Of a DNA stretch of 64,000 nucleotides, positions 49,561-59,155 are shown piece by piece. The DNA is from a virus, in IMG/VR virus record IMGVR_UViG_3300044641_004197, positions 1 through 64,000 of that record, one strand, 5' to 3'. Each line of letters starts with the position of its first letter. The first letter of the stretch is position 1. The notes under the pieces are model-generated. The model made no database searches. It saw nothing but the letters and a program-made list of their open reading frames with translations, and was not told the origin of the DNA. A program made the position numbers and the translations under genes.

Positions 49561-49950
49561 TTACACCAGTTTCAATTTTTCAACTTTTTTTTTATTAACT
49601 TTTCCACTATTTAATAAAGTCTTTATAACCTCATTCGACGCATCAAGTTTGATTTCAAGTTCGTTTAACTCAGCTTGTAATCGTTTATTTTCGTCTTTAT
49701 ATTCCCTCAACTCTTTCTTTATACTTTCATTTTCTTTTTTATACGCATTCATTTCTTGTCTAATCGCATCTCTATCGGTTCTACATTCATCCAAGTCTTT
49801 CTTAAGTTCTTTTCGCAACTTTTCATTGGATTCATTTATTAATTTCACCAAATCAAGTCTTGATTTTTTAGACGCTATCGCATATGCAACTACAGATGAA
49901 AATATAGCCGGTATAATTGCAATTAAAGAAGTAGAAATTGTATCATTCAT
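49561..49950 (-). CDS. Membrane-anchored coiled-coil protein
   Basis: One N-terminal TM segment then long heptad repeat. Confidence 0.6.
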   Translation of the reverse strand: MNDTISTSLIAIIPAIFSSVVAYAIASKKSRLDLVKLINESNEKLRKELKKDLDECRTDRDAIRQEMNAYKKENESIKKELREYKDENKRLQAELNELEIKLDASNEVIKTLLNSGKVNKKKVEKLKLV

Positions 49951-50006
49951 ATTATAAAAACATACTTAAATAAATATAGTTATTATAAAATAAATTATAA
50001 AAATTT

Positions 50007-51065
50007 TTACAATTTGAAATCGTCAAATGCACTATCGTTAATAGTATTATCTACACCTTTTACATAACTACTCAATTCGGTTTCTTGAGGGGCTACTTGT
50101 AGTTTCTTACTATCATAGTAACTATCCAACCACCCAGCCAATGGATTGGTTTTAGCAGCTGGATACAACTTCTTATATCCAAGACTTGTTAATCTATTAT
50201 TGGCCAACCACTCAATATAATGCTTTAAACTCTCAGCAGTCAATCCAATCAAACTACCCTTACTGAATAGATAGTCTGCCCAGTCTTTTTCTGCATTAAC
50301 CGCCATTTCATAAGCAGCATAGATCTTCTCTTCATTTTTCTTAACAATATCTTGGAATCCTTCATCTGGGTTGTTGATCCAGTTCTTCATGATGTTCTGA
50401 GTAATAGCTACGTGTAGATTTTCATCACGGCTAATAAACTTAATAATCTTACTATTACCCTCCATCTTTCCACGATAGCCAAAGTAGAAACTACAAGCAA
50501 AACTCACATAGAAAATCAATCCTTCAGTGATCTGCGTAGCAAGAACAGCATCAAACAATTGTTGTTTAACATCATCTGATGGCTTTAGTAGTTCATCATA
50601 CTTCTTACTGATTGCAGTAGCTCTCTTAACAATTTCTTCATCATTCAAAATACTATCAAAAAACTTGGTAGCATCTGGATAAACATTGTTTAGAATGTAT
50701 GTATAACTGTTACTGTGAATAGTTTCAAAGAAACTCCATGTGTTCATGCAAATCTCCAATTCACTATTGGTAACATGCTTCATAAGTTCATGAATACTAC
50801 GACTCAACATACTATCAGTCATAGTCTGAAACTTTAGATTGCTATCAAATACAAAACGTTCTTCAGGTGAAAGATTCTTATAATCACTAATGTCCTTCAC
50901 CAAAGAAACTTCTTGTGGTCTCCAAAAGAAATTCAATTGTTGATCGTATAGGTCATAGAACTTAGGATACTTGATCAAATCATATCGTTGTAGTGATAGA
51001 TCTTCTCCCAAGAACATTGGATTTCTTAATTGGTCTATGTTTCTTTTATTTAATACAGTTTTCAT
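50007..51065 (-). CDS. nrdB: Ribonucleotide reductase class Ia beta subunit
   Basis: FFWRPQEV, FETIHSNSY, EGLIFYVSF, RDENLH, VAPQETELSSY. Confidence 0.97.
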   Translation of the reverse strand: MKTVLNKRNIDQLRNPMFLGEDLSLQRYDLIKYPKFYDLYDQQLNFFWRPQEVSLVKDISDYKNLSPEERFVFDSNLKFQTMTDSMLSRSIHELMKHVTNSELEICMNTWSFFETIHSNSYTYILNNVYPDATKFFDSILNDEEIVKRATAISKKYDELLKPSDDVKQQLFDAVLATQITEGLIFYVSFACSFYFGYRGKMEGNSKIIKFISRDENLHVAITQNIMKNWINNPDEGFQDIVKKNEEKIYAAYEMAVNAEKDWADYLFSKGSLIGLTAESLKHYIEWLANNRLTSLGYKKLYPAAKTNPLAGWLDSYYDSKKLQVAPQETELSSYVKGVDNTINDSAFDDFKL

Positions 51066-51077
51066 CTTATCCTCCTA

Positions 51078-53366
51078 TTATAGAGCACACGCTCCGCTAG
51101 CACAACCACTTTCTTCTATAACCACTTTCTTTGTCTCCAAAGTCTTTTGTTCCATTGCGGTTTGTTTATCACCGTCATCGGTATTAGCATAATATAAATT
51201 CTTAATACCATACTTATAAGCCGTCAAAATATCCTTAATAACTTCCTGAACAGGAACTTTATTATTTGGATAACGTGAAGGAATGTAATAAGTGTTGGTG
51301 CTAATGCTCATATCAGTAAACTTCTGAATGGCAGCAGCCACTTTTAAATATCCTTCATTACTTGGCATATCAAAAGCAAAGGTATAATTTTCTTTATACT
51401 TGTCAATACCAGGAACAACTACAGGCAAAATGTTACTCTTGCTACCCTTGAAACTAATAGCACTACGAGGAGGTTCAATACCATTCGTAGAACTTTGAAT
51501 TACACTACTAGATTCTACAGGCATACAAGCAGTTAATGTTGAATGACGCATTCCATACTTCTTAATATCTTCACGTAGGCTTTCCCAGTCACAATGAAGT
51601 TTCTCAGTTATGAATTCGTCAATGTCTCTCTTATAAGTATCAATTGGAAGGACTCCCTGACTAAATTTTGTGCGATCAAATTTTTCACACTTACCTACTT
51701 CTTTAGCCATCTCAACACTAGCTTTAATCAAATAATAACTAGTCTTTTCCATCCACTTAGCAACAAAGTTAGGAGCATCCTTGTCCCAATACTTCAATCC
51801 TTCTTTAGCCAACAAAGCAGCCAAGTTACTTACACCAACACCAAGGCTACGTCGTTTCTTAGCGAAGTTTTCAGCTGCTGGAACGAAATAATCTTGATGG
51901 TCAATCAATGAATCCAACATTCTGACAATAATGTCACAAACACTTTCCATTTCATCATCATCCTTGATTTCCAACCAATTCAATGCGGCCAGAATACATA
52001 CACCAATTTCACCGTCTTTATCATTAACGTCACTGATAGGAATCAATGGGTGGTTAACCTCAAGACATAGATTGCTTGTATCAACTTGATCTAACCAACT
52101 ACCATGTTCATTGGCGTGATCGACGTGCATTGTATAAATACGTCCAGTTTCAAGACGTTCCTTAGCCAATAGACCCATCAATTCACGAGCGTTAATCTTC
52201 TTCTTGAACTTAATGTTCTTATTAGCTTCAGCCTTTTCATACTTCTCCTTGAATCCTTCCATGCCGAAAGTATTCCACAATGAAGGACATTCGTGATAAC
52301 TAAACAATGTAACATCTTGATTCTTGAGGAATCGTTCAAATATAACTTTATCTAATCCAACACAATAATCCAACTTACGAACACGATTATCATCAGTTCC
52401 CGCATTGTTCTTCAATACAAGAATATCCATGATATCATAATGAAACCAAGCAAAGTTTACAGTTGCACTTCCGCCACGAATACCATTTTGATGACAACTC
52501 TTCACTGTGGATTCAAATGCCTTACTAAAAGGAATTGGTCCGGTATGAATAACTTCACCATTACGAATAGGAGCATTAGTAGCACGTAATCTGGATAGAT
52601 TCAATCCAATACCATAACGGCTTGCGGTGGCAAATCCTACAGCACTATTATTTGCAAAGATACTCTTGAGTGTATCGTCTACAGTAAACAAACTACAAGA
52701 AGCATAACTCTTCATTACAGTTCTTACACCGGCCATAATAGGGGTGGGAAGATTAATCTTATGCTTACTAAAGTAGTTATACGCCTTCTTTACATATTCC
52801 AATCTATTTTCTTTATAGTTCTTAAAGAAGGTCATTGCGATTAGAATATATGCAAACTGAGGAGTCTCATATATCTTCTTGGTTGATCTGTTCTGGACCA
52901 AATACTTATCACACAACTGTTTAATTCCAGCGTATGTGAAATTAAAATCTCTATCGTGTTTAAGAAACTCGTCAATCTTGTCAAATTCTTGTTTAGTATA
53001 CCATTGAAGAATTTCTTCATCATATACTAGATTAGAAACGTTGTCTTTGACAAGATCATACAATTTAGGTGGATTCTTACCACCCCAAACTTCTTTACGA
53101 AGTTGGTAATTAAGCAATCTACTTGCAACAAATTGGTAATTGGGTTTATCTTCGCTAATTAGATTAGCAGAAGATTCGATAAGAAGTTTATGTATATCTG
53201 CGCTTGACATTCCATCAAAGAATGACAAATGTGCATTCATACCAACTTCTTCAAAACTAACTCCTTTTATATCCTCCGTAGCCCACTGCAACACTTTGTT
53301 TATTTTGTCTGCATTAAACTTCTCGGTTTTTCCGCTACGCTTTTTAATAAAAATATCTTTGTTCAT
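51078..53366 (-). CDS. nrdA: Ribonucleotide reductase class Ia alpha subunit with ATP cone
   Basis: IKKRSG cone, PTPIMAG, SNLCLE, MPVESSS, C-terminal CASGACAL. Confidence 0.97.
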   Translation of the reverse strand: MNKDIFIKKRSGKTEKFNADKINKVLQWATEDIKGVSFEEVGMNAHLSFFDGMSSADIHKLLIESSANLISEDKPNYQFVASRLLNYQLRKEVWGGKNPPKLYDLVKDNVSNLVYDEEILQWYTKQEFDKIDEFLKHDRDFNFTYAGIKQLCDKYLVQNRSTKKIYETPQFAYILIAMTFFKNYKENRLEYVKKAYNYFSKHKINLPTPIMAGVRTVMKSYASCSLFTVDDTLKSIFANNSAVGFATASRYGIGLNLSRLRATNAPIRNGEVIHTGPIPFSKAFESTVKSCHQNGIRGGSATVNFAWFHYDIMDILVLKNNAGTDDNRVRKLDYCVGLDKVIFERFLKNQDVTLFSYHECPSLWNTFGMEGFKEKYEKAEANKNIKFKKKINARELMGLLAKERLETGRIYTMHVDHANEHGSWLDQVDTSNLCLEVNHPLIPISDVNDKDGEIGVCILAALNWLEIKDDDEMESVCDIIVRMLDSLIDHQDYFVPAAENFAKKRRSLGVGVSNLAALLAKEGLKYWDKDAPNFVAKWMEKTSYYLIKASVEMAKEVGKCEKFDRTKFSQGVLPIDTYKRDIDEFITEKLHCDWESLREDIKKYGMRHSTLTACMPVESSSVIQSSTNGIEPPRSAISFKGSKSNILPVVVPGIDKYKENYTFAFDMPSNEGYLKVAAAIQKFTDMSISTNTYYIPSRYPNNKVPVQEVIKDILTAYKYGIKNLYYANTDDGDKQTAMEQKTLETKKVVIEESGCASGACAL

Positions 53367-53479
53367 AAAACTTTAAAATAGGTAATAAATAATTATCATG
53401 TTCTAAAAAATAATTTTCAAATTTATTTTTGAAAATTTTCTACTTTTTGAACTTTTTGTTAATCATCTTGATATGAGAA

Positions 53480-54865
53480 TTACTCTGAATCCTCTTCGCT
53501 CATATGAGCATTCCATTTACCAGACATCATCTTCTTGACAAGATTTTCGCCTTGGTTCATTTCATTGATGATTCCCATACCTTCCCTACTGTTTTCAGCA
53601 AAGATTTGAATATCACCACAACCCGCGTTCATTCGACTTGGGAATGTAATACCGTCTGGTCCAAATCGATTCTTAATAATATGGAATCGTGCGGTGTTAC
53701 TAACTTTATCGTTAACTTTACGACTGAGTGACATAACAAAATCAGCCGTCATGATTTTACGATAACTGTCTGAAATATTATTTGCTTGAATAATATCTTC
53801 ATCCATAGCAGCACGATTGCTTTGACTTGCAGTCCAAACTGGAACCTGAAGTTCACCGGCAATACCACGAAGTTCTTCATAGATACCACCCGCCTCACTA
53901 TAACTGTTACTATTACGTTCACTTTGGGATGGACGTAGAATATCAGCATAGTCAACGATAATCATATCTACTTTTGTCCCCAGAGTTTGGATACGTTCTG
54001 CATGAAGCTTCAAACTGTGAGCGGACACAGTTTTGATGGGGAAATACTTAATGATAAGTTTGCCGGGAACTTCAGAAATTTTCTTCTTTACAACATCAAC
54101 GTTATTACGAATGTTCTGGAAATCAATACCAGTGAAACACGCATCGTAACGTAGTCCAACGTAGTTTTCATTCAACTCAAGAGTATAATGTAACACATTC
54201 TTACCCTGCTTCATTGCCTCGGCACCAATCTTGGCAAGAACCCAACTCTTACCACTACCAGCACAAGCAGTAATAACACCCATTTCACCGCCAGCCAATC
54301 CACCGTCCATAACAGTGTCAACTTCTGTCCAATTGGTCTTGACGGTCTTACGAGCCATCATACTCATACGTTTTTCCACATCGACTTCGTATTCATGACC
54401 GATATTTCTTTCCATACCAGCCTTCATAGCAACGTCAACAACATGCTTGATCTTGTCATATTGACCATTCTTCAGATGATCAACACTCTCCATGATCGCA
54501 TTCTTCAACTTTTGATTCTTACAAAATTCAAGGAATTGTTCCTTAATAAATTTCAAATCACTGTCAGTGATCTTTTGATAAACCAATCTCAATTGGTCAA
54601 CAACAGTCTTCTTCAACAATTCATTGTCAATACTATCAACCTTGACTTTGAATACCGCCAATGTAGGCAGTTCTTTATATTGTAGGAAATAACTAACGGT
54701 TTCCTTTACAATAAACTGATGTGCATCAGTCTCAAACGATTGCGGTTCCAAAATATCGCTAATGCGTTCAATAAATGATTTATCACTCACAAGTGCAGAG
54801 ATGCACTTGGTTTGAAACTCAGTTCCAAACTTCTTTAGATTATCTATAATGTATGTTTCGCTCAT
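53480..54865 (-). CDS. dnaB: Replicative helicase (DnaB / T4 gp41-like)
   Basis: AGSGKS, YTLEL, IVDYAD, WTASQSNR, KNRFG. Confidence 0.93.
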   Translation of the reverse strand: MSETYIIDNLKKFGTEFQTKCISALVSDKSFIERISDILEPQSFETDAHQFIVKETVSYFLQYKELPTLAVFKVKVDSIDNELLKKTVVDQLRLVYQKITDSDLKFIKEQFLEFCKNQKLKNAIMESVDHLKNGQYDKIKHVVDVAMKAGMERNIGHEYEVDVEKRMSMMARKTVKTNWTEVDTVMDGGLAGGEMGVITACAGSGKSWVLAKIGAEAMKQGKNVLHYTLELNENYVGLRYDACFTGIDFQNIRNNVDVVKKKISEVPGKLIIKYFPIKTVSAHSLKLHAERIQTLGTKVDMIIVDYADILRPSQSERNSNSYSEAGGIYEELRGIAGELQVPVWTASQSNRAAMDEDIIQANNISDSYRKIMTADFVMSLSRKVNDKVSNTARFHIIKNRFGPDGITFPSRMNAGCGDIQIFAENSREGMGIINEMNQGENLVKKMMSGKWNAHMSEEDSE

Positions 54866-54928
54866 AATTTAATAACGTATCCTTGTGAGTATAATACTAT
54901 ACCCACTTCTCTTTTTTTAAAAGATTTT

Positions 54929-55996
54929 TTAAGCCACAAATGAATTCACTTTCCCAAACACCTCTTGTAGCCAGATTATGCTGTTGGGGAAATTGTTTTG
55001 CATATTGTCTTCTAACAACAATTTGCTAAACTTATATCTGTCAAGTTTAATCAGTGGTTTCTCAAGAATTTCATTGATTCTGAGTTGACTAAATGACTGT
55101 ATCTGCGTTTCATGTAATTGCATTAATTGCCAATTACGTTCTATAATATTCTTATTATCCAAGATGGTATTATACAATTTATACTTTCCCTTGTGGGTAT
55201 CACTATAATTGTATATTTCTTGTAATGAATATCGTTTTTCGTCAGTAAATATAGGAAAACATTTGATGATGGTCTTCAATCCCGCACCATTTATACCATC
55301 AATGTTATCACTATCGTCACCTTCCATTATACGATAATTTATAAAGTTACTACAAGTTACACCATACTCTTGTAGAATTTCAGCACATCCATACAACTTC
55401 TTCTTAGTTGGACTCCAGATTTTAACTCTGTCATTTGCCAACTGCAAAAAGTCTTTGTCTGCACTCATAATAGTTACATTACTATTTTTAAAATAGTCTG
55501 TAGCTAAATATGCAATTGTGTCATCCGCTTCAATATGATCAATTGCCATAGTTGTAACAGGCAATGTATCCAAATATCTTACAGTCTTAATCAACTGTAT
55601 TTTAAGATTCTTTTCTTCTGAATCTGGATTGCTCAGATCCTCATATGTTCTATTGAGACGGATCTTTGTTTTTCTACCAGCCTTATAATCAGGATAAATT
55701 TTTCTGCGTTTCATTGAACCACCATTACCATCAGACACAATTACGATTCTGGTGGGATTCAACAATTTAACCGCATATCCAATACTTTTTAAACATCCAG
55801 CAATACCACCCGTATGATTTCCATTAGAATTCAATGCGGGACTTGCCATGAATGCTCTAATAAAAGTATTCATAAAGTCGATTATAAGGACATCAGAGTT
55901 GAGGGTCCGATTAAGACCCTCACTCTGCGGGGTTGTTTTTATTTGATCAAACAAACTAAACAACCTCTTTTTTTCACTGTCAGTTAGATTGCTCAT
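54929..55996 (-). CDS. 5'-3' exonuclease / T4 RNase H (FEN-like)
   Basis: IIDFMN, YKAGR, EADD.IA, SADKDFLQL, GDDSDNIDGI.GAG.KT. Confidence 0.93.
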   Translation of the reverse strand: MSNLTDSEKKRLFSLFDQIKTTPQSEGLNRTLNSDVLIIDFMNTFIRAFMASPALNSNGNHTGGIAGCLKSIGYAVKLLNPTRIVIVSDGNGGSMKRRKIYPDYKAGRKTKIRLNRTYEDLSNPDSEEKNLKIQLIKTVRYLDTLPVTTMAIDHIEADDTIAYLATDYFKNSNVTIMSADKDFLQLANDRVKIWSPTKKKLYGCAEILQEYGVTCSNFINYRIMEGDDSDNIDGINGAGLKTIIKCFPIFTDEKRYSLQEIYNYSDTHKGKYKLYNTILDNKNIIERNWQLMQLHETQIQSFSQLRINEILEKPLIKLDRYKFSKLLLEDNMQNNFPNSIIWLQEVFGKVNSFVA

Positions 55997-57141
55997 TCTT
56001 CACTACCAGCAGATTCTTCATCAGTATCCACAACAGCGTCATCAACAATCTGACTATTAGGATCTTTATATTTCATAATAACAGACTCACAAATCTTCAA
56101 ATAAACTTCTTCTTTCAAAGATTGATCAGTCTGCATTGCGGATACAAAGTCCTTGGATTGGAACTTCCATTCACTGCCATCATCCTTCTTATAGGTATAA
56201 TAAGCACCACCTTGTTTGATAATGTTATTCTCCTTCAATACTTTGATCCAACTGCTATAGTCGGCAATACCACTATCGAAGTAAATATCAAAATTAGCTT
56301 GACGTTGTGGTGGACCCATTCTGTTCTTAACAACAACTGCCTTACACTCATTACCGATGATTTCTTCACCCTTTTTGAGTTTACCAGTGTTGTTCAAACG
56401 AACACGGACACTACAATGATAAGCCAAAGCCTTACCACCACTCACCACATACTTGTCACCAAATGCCATAGCATTTAGATTCTGACGTAATTGATTTGTG
56501 AATACAGTAAGAACCTTCTGACGGCCAATCATGTTGGTGATCTTTCTCATGGCCTTACTAATGATAATACTCTTACCAGTAGCAAATCCATCTTTACCGT
56601 GATCACTCTCTAACTCTGCCTTTGTAGAAGCAGCAGCAACAGAGTCAATAATAAGTGTCAAAATACGATCTTTACTGCTCTTACGAACAATTCCAATCAT
56701 CTGTTCCATCTTTTCAAAAATATCCTCTACAGTATCCGTTTGGACATATAGAAGATTCTTTAGATCTACGCCCAAACTCTTCCAGAATTCTGGAGCAGCG
56801 GCGTTTTCAGTGTCCAATACTACTGCGACACCACCTTTACGTTGTGTCTCTGCACAAATATGCGCAGACACCAAACTCTTTCCGGTTCCTTCCAATCCGT
56901 TAAGTTCAACCATCTTTCCAACTGGCAATCCGCCATGTGGACGATTACTAATGGCCAAATCTAACATTGATGATCCGGTGCTAATCCAATCACTAATATC
57001 GGCGGGGTTTTCTTGTTCATCCAAGAAATAAGCAATTTTACCACCGTCTTTATTTGCTTTATTTAATTCATTTGCCAACAACTCAACCAATTCGTCTCGT
57101 TGTGGTGATTCATTCTGCGTAACATGTGATTTCTTTTTCAT
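55993..57141 (-). CDS. recA: RecA/UvsX recombinase
   Basis: STGS..LD, GLEGTGKS, DTENA, IDSVAA, FTNQLR, GGKAL, KNRMGPP. Confidence 0.95.
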   Translation of the reverse strand: MKKKSHVTQNESPQRDELVELLANELNKANKDGGKIAYFLDEQENPADISDWISTGSSMLDLAISNRPHGGLPVGKMVELNGLEGTGKSLVSAHICAETQRKGGVAVVLDTENAAAPEFWKSLGVDLKNLLYVQTDTVEDIFEKMEQMIGIVRKSSKDRILTLIIDSVAAASTKAELESDHGKDGFATGKSIIISKAMRKITNMIGRQKVLTVFTNQLRQNLNAMAFGDKYVVSGGKALAYHCSVRVRLNNTGKLKKGEEIIGNECKAVVVKNRMGPPQRQANFDIYFDSGIADYSSWIKVLKENNIIKQGGAYYTYKKDDGSEWKFQSKDFVSAMQTDQSLKEEVYLKICESVIMKYKDPNSQIVDDAVVDTDEESAGSEE

Positions 57142-57152
57142 AAAACTTATAA

Positions 57153-57187
57153 GTTAAAGGGGTGATAGTAATATATACCATCACCCC
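57153..57187 (-). terminator. Hairpin terminator/attenuator after SSB gene
   Basis: Minus strand GGGGTGATGGTA-TATAT-TACTATCACCCC then TTTAACTT. Confidence 0.65.
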
Positions 57188-57204
57188 AATCTAAACCAGT
57201 TATT

Positions 57205-58026
57205 TTAACTGTTGAACAAATTATCAAAAGCCTTGGTCAAGTCTTCTGTATTTGTCTTGCTAGCAGAGGCGGACGGTGACGAAGCCTTTGCCTTTGGTGC
57301 CGGGGTTGGTGCGGACGGAGCTGCCTCCATCTCAGGATCATCATCCACAACTGCATTCACAGTTGGTTCGCTTCCATTTTCAGGATTTAACCAAGCATCC
57401 ATGACACCCTTCAACTGTTCGTAACTCAACTCAGGGAACAAATCCAAAATATTGGTTTGCTTACCGAGCAATTCCTTCTGGGAAGGATCAATCGCAACTG
57501 AAGTGTTTGGCTTTGGACGAATGGTAGTTTCTGGGAAACTCTTACCACACTCTTCTGCGGTTCTAAACTCTACAACAATATCACGTCCATTAACTGGATC
57601 GGTAATATCACCATAGTCAGCGTCACTGATAATAGAAAGAAGTTCTTGATAAACGTTCTTTCCGAATCCCCAGAAACGAACACCCTGATCCTCTTCTCCA
57701 CGGACCAAAACAGGAACATAGGTTCGGAGCTTCGGTTCCATCTTACGGCCCAACTGCCAATCTTCCTTGTTGCCGGTCTTCTTCATACGATTTGACCATT
57801 CAACAATAGGATCAGGACGGTTAAAACTATCAGGAGATAGATAAGTCTTGTTGTTGATATTGTAGTGGAACTTGAGTTCGATAAACGGATTCTCAGGATT
57901 ATACTTGTAGGGAACGATACGAACTACTTGCTTTCCGGGGTTTGGTTTCCAAATCAAATTTGTCTTTTGATTTGCGTTTGAGAGAGAATTCAAACGATTC
58001 TTAATTTTAGATAGATCTAATGCCAT
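57205..58026 (-). CDS. Single-stranded DNA-binding protein (T4 gp32-like)
   Basis: WKP..G...VRIVP, FHY, DPI, FWGFGK, DITDP..GRD; acidic-aromatic tail; next to recA. Confidence 0.85.
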   Translation of the reverse strand: MALDLSKIKNRLNSLSNANQKTNLIWKPNPGKQVVRIVPYKYNPENPFIELKFHYNINNKTYLSPDSFNRPDPIVEWSNRMKKTGNKEDWQLGRKMEPKLRTYVPVLVRGEEDQGVRFWGFGKNVYQELLSIISDADYGDITDPVNGRDIVVEFRTAEECGKSFPETTIRPKPNTSVAIDPSQKELLGKQTNILDLFPELSYEQLKGVMDAWLNPENGSEPTVNAVVDDDPEMEAAPSAPTPAPKAKASSPSASASKTNTEDLTKAFDNLFNS

Positions 58027-58110
58027 AATTGTTTATTATATTAATTGTTAAGTGTTAATTAATTATTCGATAAATCCACACGGACTTAATTCATAACTAA
58101 TACACGTATA

Positions 58111-58139
58111 ACTATAAACAAGAATGACAAATCTTTCAA
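58111..58139 (-). promoter_or_regulatory. sigma70-like promoter of ssb operon
   Basis: TTGAAA-17 nt-TATAGT; -35 contains upstream TGA stop. Confidence 0.6.
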
Positions 58140-58528
58140 CTTATTATATCAAAAAGTTTTATGGGAATTATTCTAACAGAAACCTCGCCGGTTAAAATAA
58201 GGCAATTGTTGTAAAGTTCCCAATTTAATTGGAATTTGTTATCAAATACACCATTATTTTCCTCAGTTATTAATTTATTCATGGCATTCAACGTATACAA
58301 AGTGTTTGTTTGTTTTTTACGGTGAAGACCAATTGTATTTGGAAACTTTGGAAATTGGTTGGATTCATTTATATCTATATTGTAAGTGATATAAACGTTT
58401 CGTGGAGCTTTTGTTCCACTAAACAAAAAAAGTTTATTTCCATTTACGGAATAAAAACTCCTAATTTTTTCAATTAGTTCTTTGTATTCATCGATATTTG
58501 AAAATGTGCAAAGTAGTTGTTTTTTCAT
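58136..58528 (-). CDS. Phage hypothetical protein
   Basis: QLLCTF, TYNI, HRKKQTNTLYTLNAMN. Confidence 0.7.
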   Translation of the reverse strand: MKKQLLCTFSNIDEYKELIEKIRSFYSVNGNKLFLFSGTKAPRNVYITYNIDINESNQFPKFPNTIGLHRKKQTNTLYTLNAMNKLITEENNGVFDNKFQLNWELYNNCLILTGEVSVRIIPIKLFDIIS

Positions 58529-59154
58529 TTTTTAGGACGGATCATTATTTTGCCTATGTCTTCGACATATCTGGCAATTCCTACTTCAGAACCTTCTTCC
58601 GTATACCAAGTAGATCCTTTATTATAGAAACCGTTTGCTTTGGCTTCTTCTAAAGAGTATTCGGTTGTTAAAATAGTTTGAACGGTCTGAGCATCAGCTT
58701 GTTTTTCTTGCGGAGTTCTCAAGTCAGGTTCTTCTTTATCCTTTTCCGCAGGAGTTTCTGGTTGTTGCGGTTCTGGTGCAGATGGTTGACTTGGTTCTTG
58801 TGGTTGTGTAGCAGGTGGTTCAGAAGATTGTGGTTCTGGTGCAAAAATATTTGCGCCTGCGGCTTTCTTGGGATTTTCTTCAAAGTGAGTTCCACGAGAA
58901 ATTGCTCTTTGTTTATATTCCGGTGTGGGGAATGTTACGAGAAGACCCGCAGCATTATAAGCTTGTCGTTCAGGATATTTACCCTCAACCATCGCATTTC
59001 TTATTTCGGCAGATGATGACTCATCCAAATTCAAAGTGGTTTCCAAATATTCTTGTAGAATATTCAAATGGTCATTATTTTCCATCGAAAAAATGCCGTC
59101 TTTTATGCGTGAGTCAAGACAAATGTTCTCTATTATATAAGATAGTATGTTCAT
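58525..59154 (-). CDS. Hypothetical protein with Pro/Gln/Glu linker
   Basis: Operon packing; low-complexity linker. Confidence 0.65.
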   Translation of the reverse strand: MNILSYIIENICLDSRIKDGIFSMENNDHLNILQEYLETTLNLDESSSAEIRNAMVEGKYPERQAYNAAGLLVTFPTPEYKQRAISRGTHFEENPKKAAGANIFAPEPQSSEPPATQPQEPSQPSAPEPQQPETPAEKDKEEPDLRTPQEKQADAQTVQTILTTEYSLEEAKANGFYNKGSTWYTEEGSEVGIARYVEDIGKIMIRPKK

Positions 59155-59155
59155 A

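Noticed and set aside
15163-54865. Inteins or introns in PolB, NrdA, NrdB or helicase
   Set aside because: Lengths are normal and motifs are contiguous
58740-58850. Short repeats such as GGTTCTGGTGCA twice
   Set aside because: They encode a Pro/Gln/Glu protein linker and are not an independent element
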